DNA from: an uncultured Bacteroidales bacterium
GTDB taxonomy: Bacteria > Bacteroidota > Bacteroidia > Bacteroidales > UBA932
Direction of reading: 5' to 3'
DNA length: 45,226 nucleotides
Assembly (NCBI GenBank): GCA_900319185.1
Contig: ONNK01000004.1
Coordinates: forward strand, 1-45,226
The position numbers and the translations under genes were made by a program. The notes beneath the pieces were generated by a model. The model worked only from the letters and a program-made list of their open reading frames with translations, searched no databases and was not told where the DNA came from. Shown here piece after piece: positions 34,732 through 45,000 of the stretch (positions within the stretch are counted from its first letter, which is position 1; every line of letters starts with the position of its first letter).

Positions 34732-35705
34732 TTACGTATCCCAATGTCAAGGTCAACCTGGGACTGAGCGTCCTGCGGAAGCGCCCCGACGGCTATCACG
34801 ACCTCGAGACGCTGTTCGTTCCGTGCTTTGACATCCACGATACCCTTGAGATCATCACCGGAGACGACTTCAGTCGCACCTCTTCCTCGCTCTTCGAGAA
34901 ATACTCCATCGACGGGGACTGTGTCGCTGAAAATGTCCTTCGGACCCCCCCCAAGCATGAAGCTTGGGTCCCCCCCTCTTATGTTGCCGAGGGTGGCACA
35001 ATTTTCAGCGGCACAGTCCCCGTCGGTTTAGTCTCCCAGATAAGGCAGGGGATAAGGGAAGATGGGAAGTTGATGATAACGATTGCGAGGAGGGAAGGTG
35101 TGGACTGGGATCCGCTGGAGGATCTGACGGCCAGGGCGTACGGGTTGCTGGATGCCGATTTCGACCTGCCTCCGGCGAAGATATTCCTGGAGAAGACCGC
35201 CCCGGTGGGGGCGGGCCTGGGTGGTGGCTCGGCGGACGCAGCGTTTGCGCTGCGGATGCTCTCCGAGCTCTTCGTGCCGGGCCTCGACGAGGCCGCCCTT
35301 GCCGATTACGCCTCCCGTCTGGGCAGCGACTGCGCCTTCTTCATATACAACCGCCCCATGATCGGCACCGGTCGGGGTGAGATCCTGGAGCCGTGCGACA
35401 TCGACCTGTCGCAGTATGAGCTGCGCGTGGCGGTGCCGGCGGGCGTCAGCGTCAGCACAGCTGACGCGTACCGCGGCATCGTGCCGCGCGAGGCGGCGGC
35501 CGGAGGCCGCCCCTGCCCGCTCCGCGAGGCGCTTGCGCGCCCTGTCGCTGAGTGGCGCGACTGCCTCGTAAACGATTTCGAGACCACAGTTTTTGCCAAG
35601 TATCCGGCCATAGCTGAGGCGAAACAGGCCCTCTATGATGCCGGAGCCATATATGCCTCCATGTCCGGCAGCGGCTCGTCCGTCTTCGGACTGTTTCCAC
35701 GCTAA
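34728..35705 (+). CDS. ispE: 4-diphosphocytidyl-2-C-methyl-D-erythritol kinase with an in-frame insertion
   Basis: KVNLGL..RPDGYHDLETLF, PVGAGLGGGSADAA, LGSDCAFF and MSGSGSSVFG. Confidence 0.95.
   Translation: MITYPNVKVNLGLSVLRKRPDGYHDLETLFVPCFDIHDTLEIITGDDFSRTSSSLFEKYSIDGDCVAENVLRTPPKHEAWVPPSYVAEGGTIFSGTVPVGLVSQIRQGIREDGKLMITIARREGVDWDPLEDLTARAYGLLDADFDLPPAKIFLEKTAPVGAGLGGGSADAAFALRMLSELFVPGLDEAALADYASRLGSDCAFFIYNRPMIGTGRGEILEPCDIDLSQYELRVAVPAGVSVSTADAYRGIVPREAAAGGRPCPLREALARPVAEWRDCLVNDFETTVFAKYPAIAEAKQALYDAGAIYASMSGSGSSVFGLFPR
34911..35024. repeat. 114-bp palindromic (MITE/RPE-like) element inside ispE
   Basis: 24-bp terminal inverted repeats with one mismatch; 38 codons, in frame. Confidence 0.85.
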
Positions 35706-35717
35706 CCCATAAACACT

Positions 35718-36872
35718 ATGTATAAGACCCAAGGAATCAAGAACAGCCGTATTGAAGTGGCGGATGCCCTTCGAGGCATCGCCGTGATGGGTATCGTACT
35801 CTATCACTCTGTAGAGCACTTCAATCTCGGCACCGCCTCCAGCGCCTCCCTCTCCTTCCCTTTCGACGGTACGGTCTTCAATGTGCTGACCGTGCTGCTC
35901 TCCGGCAAGATGTACGGCATCTTCGCCCTCTTGTTCGGACTCAGTTTCTTCATCCAGCGTGACAACCAGGAACAGAAAGGCAAGGACTTCTCCCTGCGGT
36001 TCGCATGGCGTATGGTGCTGCTATTCGGTTTCGGCGTCATCAACATGTTTTTCTACAACGGAGACATACTTACCTTCTATGCTCTCTTTGGCCTGCTGAT
36101 GATCCCTGCAGGGTATCTCAGCACCCCGGTTCTCTGGGGACTCACCATCCTGCTGCTGATCCAGCCCGTCGAGATATACAGTCTTATCACTGGCTGGAAG
36201 CCTGACATCTCTCCGATGATGAAGTATTACAGCGCCGTGGGACAGGCCAATGCCGAAGGAACGTTCTTCGAATCCTCAGTCGCGAGCCTGCGCAACGGAT
36301 TCCTGGCCTCCTGGTACTGGTTCGTATGGAAAGGCCGCATCACCCAGACCATAGGCCTGTTCTTCCTCGGTATCCTTTTCGGCCGCCTCAGGCTATTCTA
36401 CAACGAGGGCAACCATCTGAAGATATGGAGAGTGGTTTTCTTCACCACCGTCGCCCTCATTGTCGCCGGTATCATATTCGGCCACTGGAGTCATGGTGAC
36501 GTCAGCTTCGGCAAGGTCAACAGCCTGATACGTCCGTTGTTCAATCTCGCCATCCTGCTCTTCATCGTTTCGGGAGTGACACTGCTCTGGTACCGTTTCG
36601 AGGGTTTCCGCAAGAGCCTCTCCCATATCTGCTTCTTCGGCCGCATGTCCCTGACCAACTACTTGATGTCGTCCATCATCGGATGTACGATCTTCTACGG
36701 GTGGGGCCTTGCCATGTACAAGTACCTTGGCGTGACGCTGTCCCTGCTGACCGGCATATGCATCGTCGTGCTGCAGATAATCCTCCTCTACCAGTGGTCC
36801 AAGAAGCACAAGCGCGGACCCCTGGAGACTCTCTGGCGTAATCTCACCTGGATAGGAAGCGACAACGATTGA
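35718..36872 (+). CDS. DUF418 (YeiB-like) membrane protein
   Basis: DALRGIA, GKMYGIFALLFGLSF, GDILTFYA, GRMSLTNYL and GPLETLWR. Confidence 0.9.
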   Translation: MYKTQGIKNSRIEVADALRGIAVMGIVLYHSVEHFNLGTASSASLSFPFDGTVFNVLTVLLSGKMYGIFALLFGLSFFIQRDNQEQKGKDFSLRFAWRMVLLFGFGVINMFFYNGDILTFYALFGLLMIPAGYLSTPVLWGLTILLLIQPVEIYSLITGWKPDISPMMKYYSAVGQANAEGTFFESSVASLRNGFLASWYWFVWKGRITQTIGLFFLGILFGRLRLFYNEGNHLKIWRVVFFTTVALIVAGIIFGHWSHGDVSFGKVNSLIRPLFNLAILLFIVSGVTLLWYRFEGFRKSLSHICFFGRMSLTNYLMSSIIGCTIFYGWGLAMYKYLGVTLSLLTGICIVVLQIILLYQWSKKHKRGPLETLWRNLTWIGSDND

Positions 36873-36873
36873 T

Positions 36874-38733
36874 ATGGGGACAATCCATTACGAAAGGGTC
36901 GAAGCCCTGCGGGCGCTGATGCGCGAGCGGGGCTGGGATGCCGTCATCATCTCTGGCTCCGACCCGCATAGCAGCGAATACCCTGCTCCGCGCTGGAAGC
37001 AGGTGGAATGGCTGTCGGGCTTCACCGGCGAGGCGGGCGACATAGTCGTCACCGCCTCCCACGCCGGGCTCTGGACCGACACTCGTTATTTCATCCAGGC
37101 TGTGCGCCAACTGGAAGGCTCCGGGATAGTCCTTCACAAGACCAGGGTCCCGGAGCAGGTGCTCATCCCTGAGTGGCTGGCCACGGATGCATTTGCCGGT
37201 AAGGAGAAAAGCGTCGTGATCGCTGTCGACGGACTCTGCCAGGGCGTCAGCGCCGTCGCAGGCCTGAAGGACGCCTTCCTGGCGGCAGGCCGCGCGGAAG
37301 GCTCGCCCGACGAGGACGGCTTCCGCATCGTATCCGTCCCGGACATGCTCGAAGACCTGTGGGAGAACCGTCCGCCTGTACCCCAGACCCCTGTCATCAC
37401 GCTCGGGGCAGAACTGGCAGGCGAGGACCGCTGGAGCCGCATCGACTGGCTTCGGAACGAAGCCGCCTCTGCCGGCTGCGACGCGGTCCTGCTGACCGCC
37501 CTCGACGAGATTGCCTGGACCCTGAACGTCCGTGGCTCCGATATCGAGTACAATCCTTTGGTGATTTCCTATCTGCTGGTCACAGGCGACAGCGTCGAAT
37601 GGTTCGTTAGGAAGGGCGGACAGCCTGACGAAGACACGTTGGATACATTCCAGGAGTTGAGGGATGAAGGGGTTGCCATACTTCCCTATGACGACGTCTC
37701 CGTTGTCCTGGCGGGAGAGATCGAGGATGGCGCCATCGGCCGTCTGGCGGTCGATCCATCCACCTTGAACTATAACCTTTATCATATCCTTAGAACCAAT
37801 TCCGTCGAGGGAACCGTAGTCGGATGGGATTCGCCCGTGGCTTTGCGCAAGGCTGTCAAGAATGCCGTCGAGATCGAGGGGATGCGCGACATCCATGTCG
37901 AGGACGGTCTCGCGATGGAGCGCTTCCTGTATTGGCTCGAAAAGTCGGTCAACGGCGGCAGTACCATCGATGAATGGGATGCCGCGCGCAAGCTCGGATC
38001 GTTGCGGGCTGAGATTCCCGGGTACCGGGGCGACAGTTTCGAGACGATTTCCGCCTACGGCGAGGGCGCGGCCCTTCCGCACTATATCACGCCCCATCAG
38101 GGCGCGCCCGTGCTCGAGCCGCGCGGCCTGTACCTGGTTGACAGCGGCGGGCAGTACATGAACGGCACTACGGACATCACCCGCACCGTTCCTCTCGGCC
38201 CCTGCACCATGCTGGAGAAGGAGGATTACACTCTCGTCCTGAAGGGACACATCGGTCTGGCGATGGCGGTGTTCCCGCGCGGTACGGCGGGCTGCCAGCT
38301 GGATGTGCTGGCGCGCAGCCCGCTCTGGCGCGCACGCCGCAATTTCGGCCACGGCACCGGCCATGGCGTAGGATTCTTCCTCGGGGTTCACGAGGGCCCT
38401 CAGGATATCCGCCAGAACTTCAACCGTACGCCCATCCTTCCGGGGATGATCACTTCCAACGAACCGGGCATCTACCGCGAGGGGATGCATGGGGTGCGGC
38501 ACGAGAACCTCGTCCTTTGCGTCGAGGACGGCCGGAGCGAATTCGGCGACTGGCTGCGGTTCGAGACGCTGACCCTGTGCCATTTCGACACTTCGGCCAT
38601 CATCGTCGACCTGCTCGACCGTGACGAGATAGAGTGGCTCAATGACTACAACGCCCGTGTCTTCCGCACACTCTCACCTATGCTTTCCCCCGAGGAAGCC
38701 GAGTGGCTGCGCAATAAATGTAAACCAATCTAA
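36874..38733 (+). CDS. Aminopeptidase P family (M24) Xaa-Pro peptidase
   Basis: DPHSSEY, DSGGQYMNGTTDITRT, HGTGHGVG, VHEGP, EPGIY and RHEN. Confidence 0.95.
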   Translation: MGTIHYERVEALRALMRERGWDAVIISGSDPHSSEYPAPRWKQVEWLSGFTGEAGDIVVTASHAGLWTDTRYFIQAVRQLEGSGIVLHKTRVPEQVLIPEWLATDAFAGKEKSVVIAVDGLCQGVSAVAGLKDAFLAAGRAEGSPDEDGFRIVSVPDMLEDLWENRPPVPQTPVITLGAELAGEDRWSRIDWLRNEAASAGCDAVLLTALDEIAWTLNVRGSDIEYNPLVISYLLVTGDSVEWFVRKGGQPDEDTLDTFQELRDEGVAILPYDDVSVVLAGEIEDGAIGRLAVDPSTLNYNLYHILRTNSVEGTVVGWDSPVALRKAVKNAVEIEGMRDIHVEDGLAMERFLYWLEKSVNGGSTIDEWDAARKLGSLRAEIPGYRGDSFETISAYGEGAALPHYITPHQGAPVLEPRGLYLVDSGGQYMNGTTDITRTVPLGPCTMLEKEDYTLVLKGHIGLAMAVFPRGTAGCQLDVLARSPLWRARRNFGHGTGHGVGFFLGVHEGPQDIRQNFNRTPILPGMITSNEPGIYREGMHGVRHENLVLCVEDGRSEFGDWLRFETLTLCHFDTSAIIVDLLDRDEIEWLNDYNARVFRTLSPMLSPEEAEWLRNKCKPI

Positions 38734-38747
38734 ATCAATAGGATAAC

Positions 38748-39887
38748 ATGAAAAGACTGATAACCATCTGTGCTGTTACCCTGCTCTTCGCAGGTGCAGC
38801 TTCCGCCCAGGAGATCGCCAATTTCTCCCGTGGCCAGCAGGTCGTCTCTCCCGAGGTTTACGACGGAGGATCCGTTACTTTCCGCCTTGCCGCCGATTAT
38901 GCCACGACGGTGTACCTTTCAGGCAACTGGATGGCCCAGGGCGAAGGCCCTGTCGCCATGACGAAGGGCCCGGGAGGCGTCTGGGAGACTACCGTTTCCG
39001 GTCTGGAGCCGGAGATCTACACCTACAATTTTATCGTGGACGGCGTGGCCGTGAATGATCCTGTCAACTACAAGGTCCAGCGCGACGGTACCCGCTACCT
39101 CAACATGGTGTTCGTTCCCGGCGAGCGTTCGGCTGTCTACAATGAGGCCGCGCATCGCGGCACCCTCACCACCCTGTGGTACGACAGCACCCAACTCGGG
39201 CTTAATCGCCGCATGATCGTCTACACCCCTTACGGCTACGAGAACTCCAAGAAGACCAAGTACCCCGTCCTGTACCTGCTGCACGGTGGCGGCGGCGACG
39301 AAGAGGCCTGGACCTCCATGGGCCGCGCCGCGCAGATTCTCGACAACCTAATCGAGCGCGGCGAGGCCGTCCCGATGATCGTCGTCATGCCCAACGGCAA
39401 TCCCAACCAGCAGGCCGCACAGACCCTGGGTCTCGGGACCTCCACCATCAATACCCGCGATCCTGCTTACGCCAATGCCTATGTCAAGAGCCTGGTCACC
39501 GAGATCATCCCGTTCATTGAGAAACGCTTCCGTGTCATCGCCAAGCCTTCGGCACGCGCAATCTCCGGCCTCTCGATGGGTGGCGGCCATACCCTGACCG
39601 CCTCGCAGCTGTATCCTTCTACTTTCGACTACATCTGCCCGCTGTCCATCAGCTCGCAGGACACCCCTGAGATCCGTACCCAGTTGCGCGCCCTGAAGAA
39701 TGACGGTTACCGGCTCTATTTCGTCGGCGTCGGCAATACCGACTTCCTCTACGAAGGCGCCCAGACGCTTGACCGTATACTGACCGAAGAGGGCCTCCAG
39801 CATACATTCTACGTGTCCGAAGGCGGACACGAATGGAAGAACTGGCGCCTCTACCTCCAGACCTTCGCCAAGCTCCTGTTCAAATAA
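38748..39887 (+). CDS. Exported CE1-type esterase with an N-terminal CBM48/E-set domain
   Basis: Signal peptide, YPVLYLLHG, GLSMGG nucleophile elbow, GGHEW. Confidence 0.9.
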   Translation: MKRLITICAVTLLFAGAASAQEIANFSRGQQVVSPEVYDGGSVTFRLAADYATTVYLSGNWMAQGEGPVAMTKGPGGVWETTVSGLEPEIYTYNFIVDGVAVNDPVNYKVQRDGTRYLNMVFVPGERSAVYNEAAHRGTLTTLWYDSTQLGLNRRMIVYTPYGYENSKKTKYPVLYLLHGGGGDEEAWTSMGRAAQILDNLIERGEAVPMIVVMPNGNPNQQAAQTLGLGTSTINTRDPAYANAYVKSLVTEIIPFIEKRFRVIAKPSARAISGLSMGGGHTLTASQLYPSTFDYICPLSISSQDTPEIRTQLRALKNDGYRLYFVGVGNTDFLYEGAQTLDRILTEEGLQHTFYVSEGGHEWKNWRLYLQTFAKLLFK

Positions 39888-39922
39888 AAACGGGAGATAG
39901 CTGGTTTTTTCGGAAAAAACCC

Positions 39923-39930
39923 TATCTTTG
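39923..39930 (+). promoter_or_regulatory. -7 promoter element (TATCTTTG) for tRNA-Val
   Basis: TAnnTTTG 30 bp upstream of the tRNA. Confidence 0.6.
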
Positions 39931-39960
39931 CAGTCCCGAATCTCCCGTCCGGGACTCCAC

Positions 39961-40035
39961 GGGACTTTAGCTCAGTCGGTTTAGAGCGCTTGCTTCACAC
40001 GCAAGAGGTCAGCAGTTCGAATCTGCTAAGTCCCA
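39961..40035 (+). tRNA. tRNA-Val(CAC)
   Basis: Acceptor stem gggactt/aagtccc, anticodon arm cttgc-ttCACac-gcaag, GTTCGAATC T-loop. Confidence 0.95.
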
Positions 40036-40046
40036 CACAACAGTAC

Positions 40047-40071
40047 AGCCCGCCTTTCCGGCGGGCTTTTT
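40047..40071 (+). terminator. Intrinsic terminator after tRNA-Val
   Basis: agcccgcc-loop-ggcgggct followed by a T run. Confidence 0.85.
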
Positions 40072-40110
40072 CTGTTAAGGGCTCTTCTATATTCCTCTAG
40101 GTCAATCGAT

Positions 40111-40143
40111 AAAAAGGCGTCCGCAATATACTTTGCGGACGCC
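40111..40143 (-). terminator. Intrinsic terminator after susD
   Basis: ggcgtccgcaa/ttgcggacgcc stem followed by T5 on the minus strand. Confidence 0.85.
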
Positions 40144-40206
40144 AAAAACCAATTATTAACTATCCAATTAACCTACAAAAGTTGTCGTAATTGATCTGAT
40201 TAAGTC

Positions 40207-42015
40207 CTAGTAGGGGAGGTCTCCGTCGACGAAGAGATAGTTGTCTCCATCTTCGAATCCCTTGTTCTGCGTGAGCATGCCCTCCTGGAGGCCGATCTGC
40301 TCCTGCGGGATCATCCAGAAACCGCGGGTGAGAGCATAGCGCTGGGAGAAGGAGCGGCCAGGCAGCTCCTGATAGGTAGTAGGCGCTCCCTTGAACTCGA
40401 TGTAACCACCTGTCTGGTTCTGCTCGATGATCTGGCCGGCCGTTTCGGGATACCAACGGCGAAGGTCGTTGAAGCGAATGCCTTCCGTCGCGAACTCATA
40501 GCGACGCTCTTTCTGGAGTCTCTCGAATGTGTAGGAATCGTACGGAGCAAGTCCGGCACGGGCACGGAGCCTGTTCATACCGGTAACGGTTTCCTTCAAC
40601 TCATCCAGCATAAGCAGCACGTCTGCGAAGCGGATGTAGATGGCGTCGCACTTGTTGCCGCTCTTGGCGCTATTGGAGATGGCACCGTTGACAATATTGA
40701 AGAAGTTCTTTTTCATACTTGACATTGTGCCATCGGTATAGGCGGCCATAGCCTGATACTTCTTGGTATAGAACCAAGTCCTCTCTATCTCCTTGCTGTC
40801 GTGTCCCTTGAAATTGGGAAGCTCCACATAGCCATCCCCGTACCAGGGATAAGCCTTTCTGATCTTGGCTTCGTTGGCTGTCAGGATGGTACCGTAGAAA
40901 CGCTTGTCCGTGGGGCCATAGTCGGGATCCTCATACCATTCCTTCACAAACTTGGGGTTCACGGAAGCGTTGCCGTTTCCGCCGGCGGAATAAGGATAGC
41001 TGTCCTTGTTGGGGGTCTGTGCGGAATTACGGAATCCAAGCCATTCCGGGAGACGGTTGTAGCCGGAGCCGGTATACGAGAAATGTACGCCCCAGACGGT
41101 CTCCTTGCTATGGTTGCCTACCCAGTGGAGATCCTCCTGGTTGGCATAGGTCTCGAAGTCGACCCCATATTTGACACCGCTTGACCATTCGTTGGAGTAC
41201 ATCCAGATTTCGCGCTGGTCCTTCTCCAGGTCGAACTTGGAGACGCTGGTGTTGGCGCAGTCCTCGAGCCAGCTGATGACCTGGGACTTGGAGATGCCGG
41301 CCATGTCGCTCTTCTTGTAGAAGCCCGTGTAGAACAACCACACGCGGCCCATCAGGGCCTCAGCGGCATATTTCGTAGCACGGCCGCACAGGTTGTTGTC
41401 CTGGGAGTAACCGTATTTGGCCGGTATAAGGCTGATGGCCTGGGTAAGATCCTCGGCGATAGCCGCGTAGATCTCGTCGACGGAAGCCTTGGGCATATTC
41501 TCCACTTCAGTGCTGAGCGTCAGAGGGAAGCACTCATAGCGTTCGGCAAGCTCCCAGAGGTAGAAGGCTCTCATAAAGTGGGCCTGTCCGAGATACCAGT
41601 TTTTGTTATCTCCCGTGAACAGGTCGTCATCCATGGCGGAGATGGACTCAAGGGCATAGTTGCAACGGAACAATCCGTTGTAGTAACTCTTCCAAGGAGA
41701 ATTGTCCTCATCCATGGAAGGGGCGAGCAGACGGTCTGCGGCCGTAGTCTCCTTGGAACTGGTGGAACCTCCTCCGTAAATGTCGTCGCTGGCGATCATT
41801 CGCCGGAAAAGGTTGATCCTGAAAATACTGCCGGTGTACAAGGAATGCATTGTGGAATAGGCTGAGTTCACCAGCTGTTCCGCATCCTTCTCGGTCTGGG
41901 GGAAAGAGGAGGTGTCCGCTTTCTGATAGTTCGTCGTGTCGAGCAGGCTGTCGATTTTCTCGCAGCCGATAAAGACGAACAGACATGCTGCAATATAAAG
42001 AAATATCTTTTTCAT
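40207..42015 (-). CDS. susD: RagB/SusD family surface lipoprotein
   Basis: Lipobox FIGC; GQAHFMRAFY, GRATKYAA, IRFADVLLM and ERRYEFATEGIRFNDLRRW. Confidence 0.95.
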   Translation of the reverse strand: MKKIFLYIAACLFVFIGCEKIDSLLDTTNYQKADTSSFPQTEKDAEQLVNSAYSTMHSLYTGSIFRINLFRRMIASDDIYGGGSTSSKETTAADRLLAPSMDEDNSPWKSYYNGLFRCNYALESISAMDDDLFTGDNKNWYLGQAHFMRAFYLWELAERYECFPLTLSTEVENMPKASVDEIYAAIAEDLTQAISLIPAKYGYSQDNNLCGRATKYAAEALMGRVWLFYTGFYKKSDMAGISKSQVISWLEDCANTSVSKFDLEKDQREIWMYSNEWSSGVKYGVDFETYANQEDLHWVGNHSKETVWGVHFSYTGSGYNRLPEWLGFRNSAQTPNKDSYPYSAGGNGNASVNPKFVKEWYEDPDYGPTDKRFYGTILTANEAKIRKAYPWYGDGYVELPNFKGHDSKEIERTWFYTKKYQAMAAYTDGTMSSMKKNFFNIVNGAISNSAKSGNKCDAIYIRFADVLLMLDELKETVTGMNRLRARAGLAPYDSYTFERLQKERRYEFATEGIRFNDLRRWYPETAGQIIEQNQTGGYIEFKGAPTTYQELPGRSFSQRYALTRGFWMIPQEQIGLQEGMLTQNKGFEDGDNYLFVDGDLPY

Positions 42016-42027
42016 ATGCTTTCGGGT

Positions 42028-45000
42028 TTAGAATTTGATGCTGACACCAGCCATGTAAACCTTAGGGGAAGGATAGAAACCGGTATCGATACCGGAGGAC
42101 CAGCTGTAGCCGGAGGCGCCGGAACCGACTTCCGGATCCATACCGTCATATCCTGTGAAAGTGAAGAGGTTCTGCCCGGTCACGAAAAATCTGAGCGACT
42201 GGAAAGGAAGCTTCTTGAAGGCCCTCTTGAAGTCATATCCGAAGGTGATGTTGCGGATCTTGACGTAATCGGCATCCTGGATGAAGATGTCGCTGTTGTA
42301 GCTGTTACACTTGAAGTTGTTGTGCGAACCGGAGGAGTAGCGGGGGAACTTGTTGGTGGAACCCTCACCGGTCCAGTAACGGGCGACAAGGTTGTTGGTG
42401 AAACCCTGCAGGTCCTGGAGGGCGAACTGTCGGTAGCTCTGCATAACCTGCTGGCCGAAGGCGCCGGAACCGTTGACGCTGAAGTCGAAGCCCTTCCACT
42501 GCAGGCTGAAGTTGAAGCCCATGGTGAAATCCGGGTGGGGGTTACCGATCTCGACGCAGTCGTTCTCGTCATAGACGCCGTCTCCGTTCTGGTCGATCCA
42601 GATGACATCACCGGGCTGGGCGCTGTCATAACCATTCATAAAGGCGTAGCCCTTGGCATTGTACTCGTCGATCTGGGCCTGGTTCTGGAAGATACCCTCG
42701 CTGGCCATACCCAGGAAGTAACCGATGGGCTTGCCGGGCTCGGCGCGGAAACCATCCTCCTTGGCAACGTTCTCGGAGATGATCTTCTTTTCACCGTGGA
42801 TGATACCGTCGGCGTTGTTGATGTAGAGGACGTTGTTCTTGTTGTAGGAACCGTTGACTCCGACGCTGTAGCGGAAGTCTCCGATATTGTCGTTCCAGGT
42901 GAAGCTGAGCTCGACGCCGGAGTTACGGACGGCACCGCCGTTAATGGAAGCGGCGCTGGCTCCAAGGATGCCCATGGCCGGAGGGGTTACCAGCCAGTCC
43001 TTGGTGTCCTTGCGGTACCAGTCGAACACGACGCCCAGGCGGCTGCGGAAGAAGCGTGAGTCGAAACCGATGGCCGTCTGCTCGGAGGTCTCCCAGGAAA
43101 GATTGGAGTTAGGGATCCTGTCGGGATAGGCGGCAGTTACCGGATTGGTCTGGTCATATGTGAAGTCATACTGGCCGCCCAGCGAGATGGTACCGGCGTA
43201 CTGGAAATTATCAATGCTGCAGTTACCGTTCTGTCCCCAGCTTCCGCGGATCTTGAAGAAATTGAGCCATTCCTTGGTGGACGCCATCCAAGGCTCCTCG
43301 GAGATGACCCAACCGGCGGAGACGGACGGGAAGACACCCCATCTGTTGCCTTTCGCGAAGTTGCAGGAACCGTCGGCACGCACAATGGCGGTAAACAGGT
43401 ATTTATCCTTGTAGCTGTAATTCAGACGGCCGAAGAAGGAGAGGAGGTTGTTGTAGGGGACCGTGTTTCCACCGCCCATGCTTGCGTGCTCGTCACTGGT
43501 CAGCGCACCTTCGACCGAGCCGAGGTTGGCGGAATTCCAGGTTCCGAATTTGGTGTTGGAACGTTTGCCGTTGACGCTCATTCCCCAGCCGGTGGCTTCG
43601 ATGGAAGTACCGGCAAGCGCTTCAAAGGTGTGGTCGCCGCCAAATGTCTTCTTGTAGTTGGCGGTAAGCTCCCAGCTCCAGTTCGTTGAAACACTGGAAC
43701 TCTGGCTCACGGTGTCGTAGTCCTGGTAAGTCGAAGCCGTAAGCTGATATTCCGGAGTATAGGAACGAGAGAAACTGGTGTTGGCGCGGAATCCGAAAGC
43801 GGTGCGGAACTTGAGCTCGCGGATAGGGCTGACCTCCAGATAGACGTTGCCCTGGACGCGTACGCCCTTTCCCTGGCTCTCTGACAGGGTCTGCTGCTCC
43901 AAGAGGTTCACTTCATTGTCCCTTGCATCCCATCCGTCACGAAGCTGCTTCTCATATGTATAAAGGGAGCCGTCAAGGTCGTATGCGGGAAGGAGCGGGG
44001 TCTTGGTGAGCAGGTTGGAGACGTCGCTGCCTCGGCCCTGTGTACCCATACTGCGTGAGTCCGTGATAGAGAAGGTCACGTTCTCGCCCAACTTGATGAC
44101 GTCGCGGTTGTTTTTCCTCAGGACTGTGAAATCCGTATTGGCGCGGATGGTGGTCCTGTCATAATAGGTGGGCTTGGGTGCGCCCAGGGTACCTTCCTGA
44201 TAGGACTTGGAGAAACTGAACGAGTATCTCACCGAGTCGCCGCCTCCGGTCACGCCCAGAGACATGTTGTTGGTCGGGGCGTTCTTGTTGATAGAAGCGG
44301 TGAACCAATCCGTTCCATCCCACAGGCCTTTGCGCATCCACTCCATCTGAACGGGCATCGTCTGCTCGATATTGTCGAATTCATTCAGGCCGGCGCGTTT
44401 GACGAGATCCAGATATTCCGAGGCGGAAACGACGTGTACTCCATTGGTATTCGGCTGCTGGAAACCCTTGTAGGCATCGAAGGTGACTGTAGCTTTCTTC
44501 TCACCGACCTTTCCCTGCCTGGTGGTCACGAGGACGACTCCGTTGGCGGCGCGGGCGCCGTAGATGGCCGCGGAAGCTGCGTCCTTAAGGATGTCGATGG
44601 ACTCGATGTCGGAGGGGCTGAGGGCATTAAGGCTGTTCATGCTGCTGGCCACACCGTCGATGACGACAAGCGGGGTGGAAGTACCGGTCGTACCTATACC
44701 GCGGACGGTGATGTTGTATCCTGCACCAGGGCCACCGCTTGACTGGACGATGTTGACACCGGGAACGGAGCTGTAGATGGCTCCGAGGGCGTTGGTGGTG
44801 CTCTGCTTCAAAATGTCGTCTCCGGAAATGTTGATCGTGGCTCCGGTAAGGAGTCTCTTCCTCTGGGTACCATAACCGATAACGACGGTTTCATCAAGGA
44901 ATTCTGTGTCCTCCTGGAGAGTGAAGTTGAATACGCTTTCCTGTCCTACTTGGACAGTCTGCGTGCCGTAGCCGATACAGGAGACGGTAATACTCGCTCC

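Noticed and set aside
36844-38583. Long antisense ORF (579 aa), and similar ones over aroB, aroC, sufB and susC
   Set aside because: Reverse-frame shadows expected from high third-position GC; the opposite strand carries clear conserved genes.
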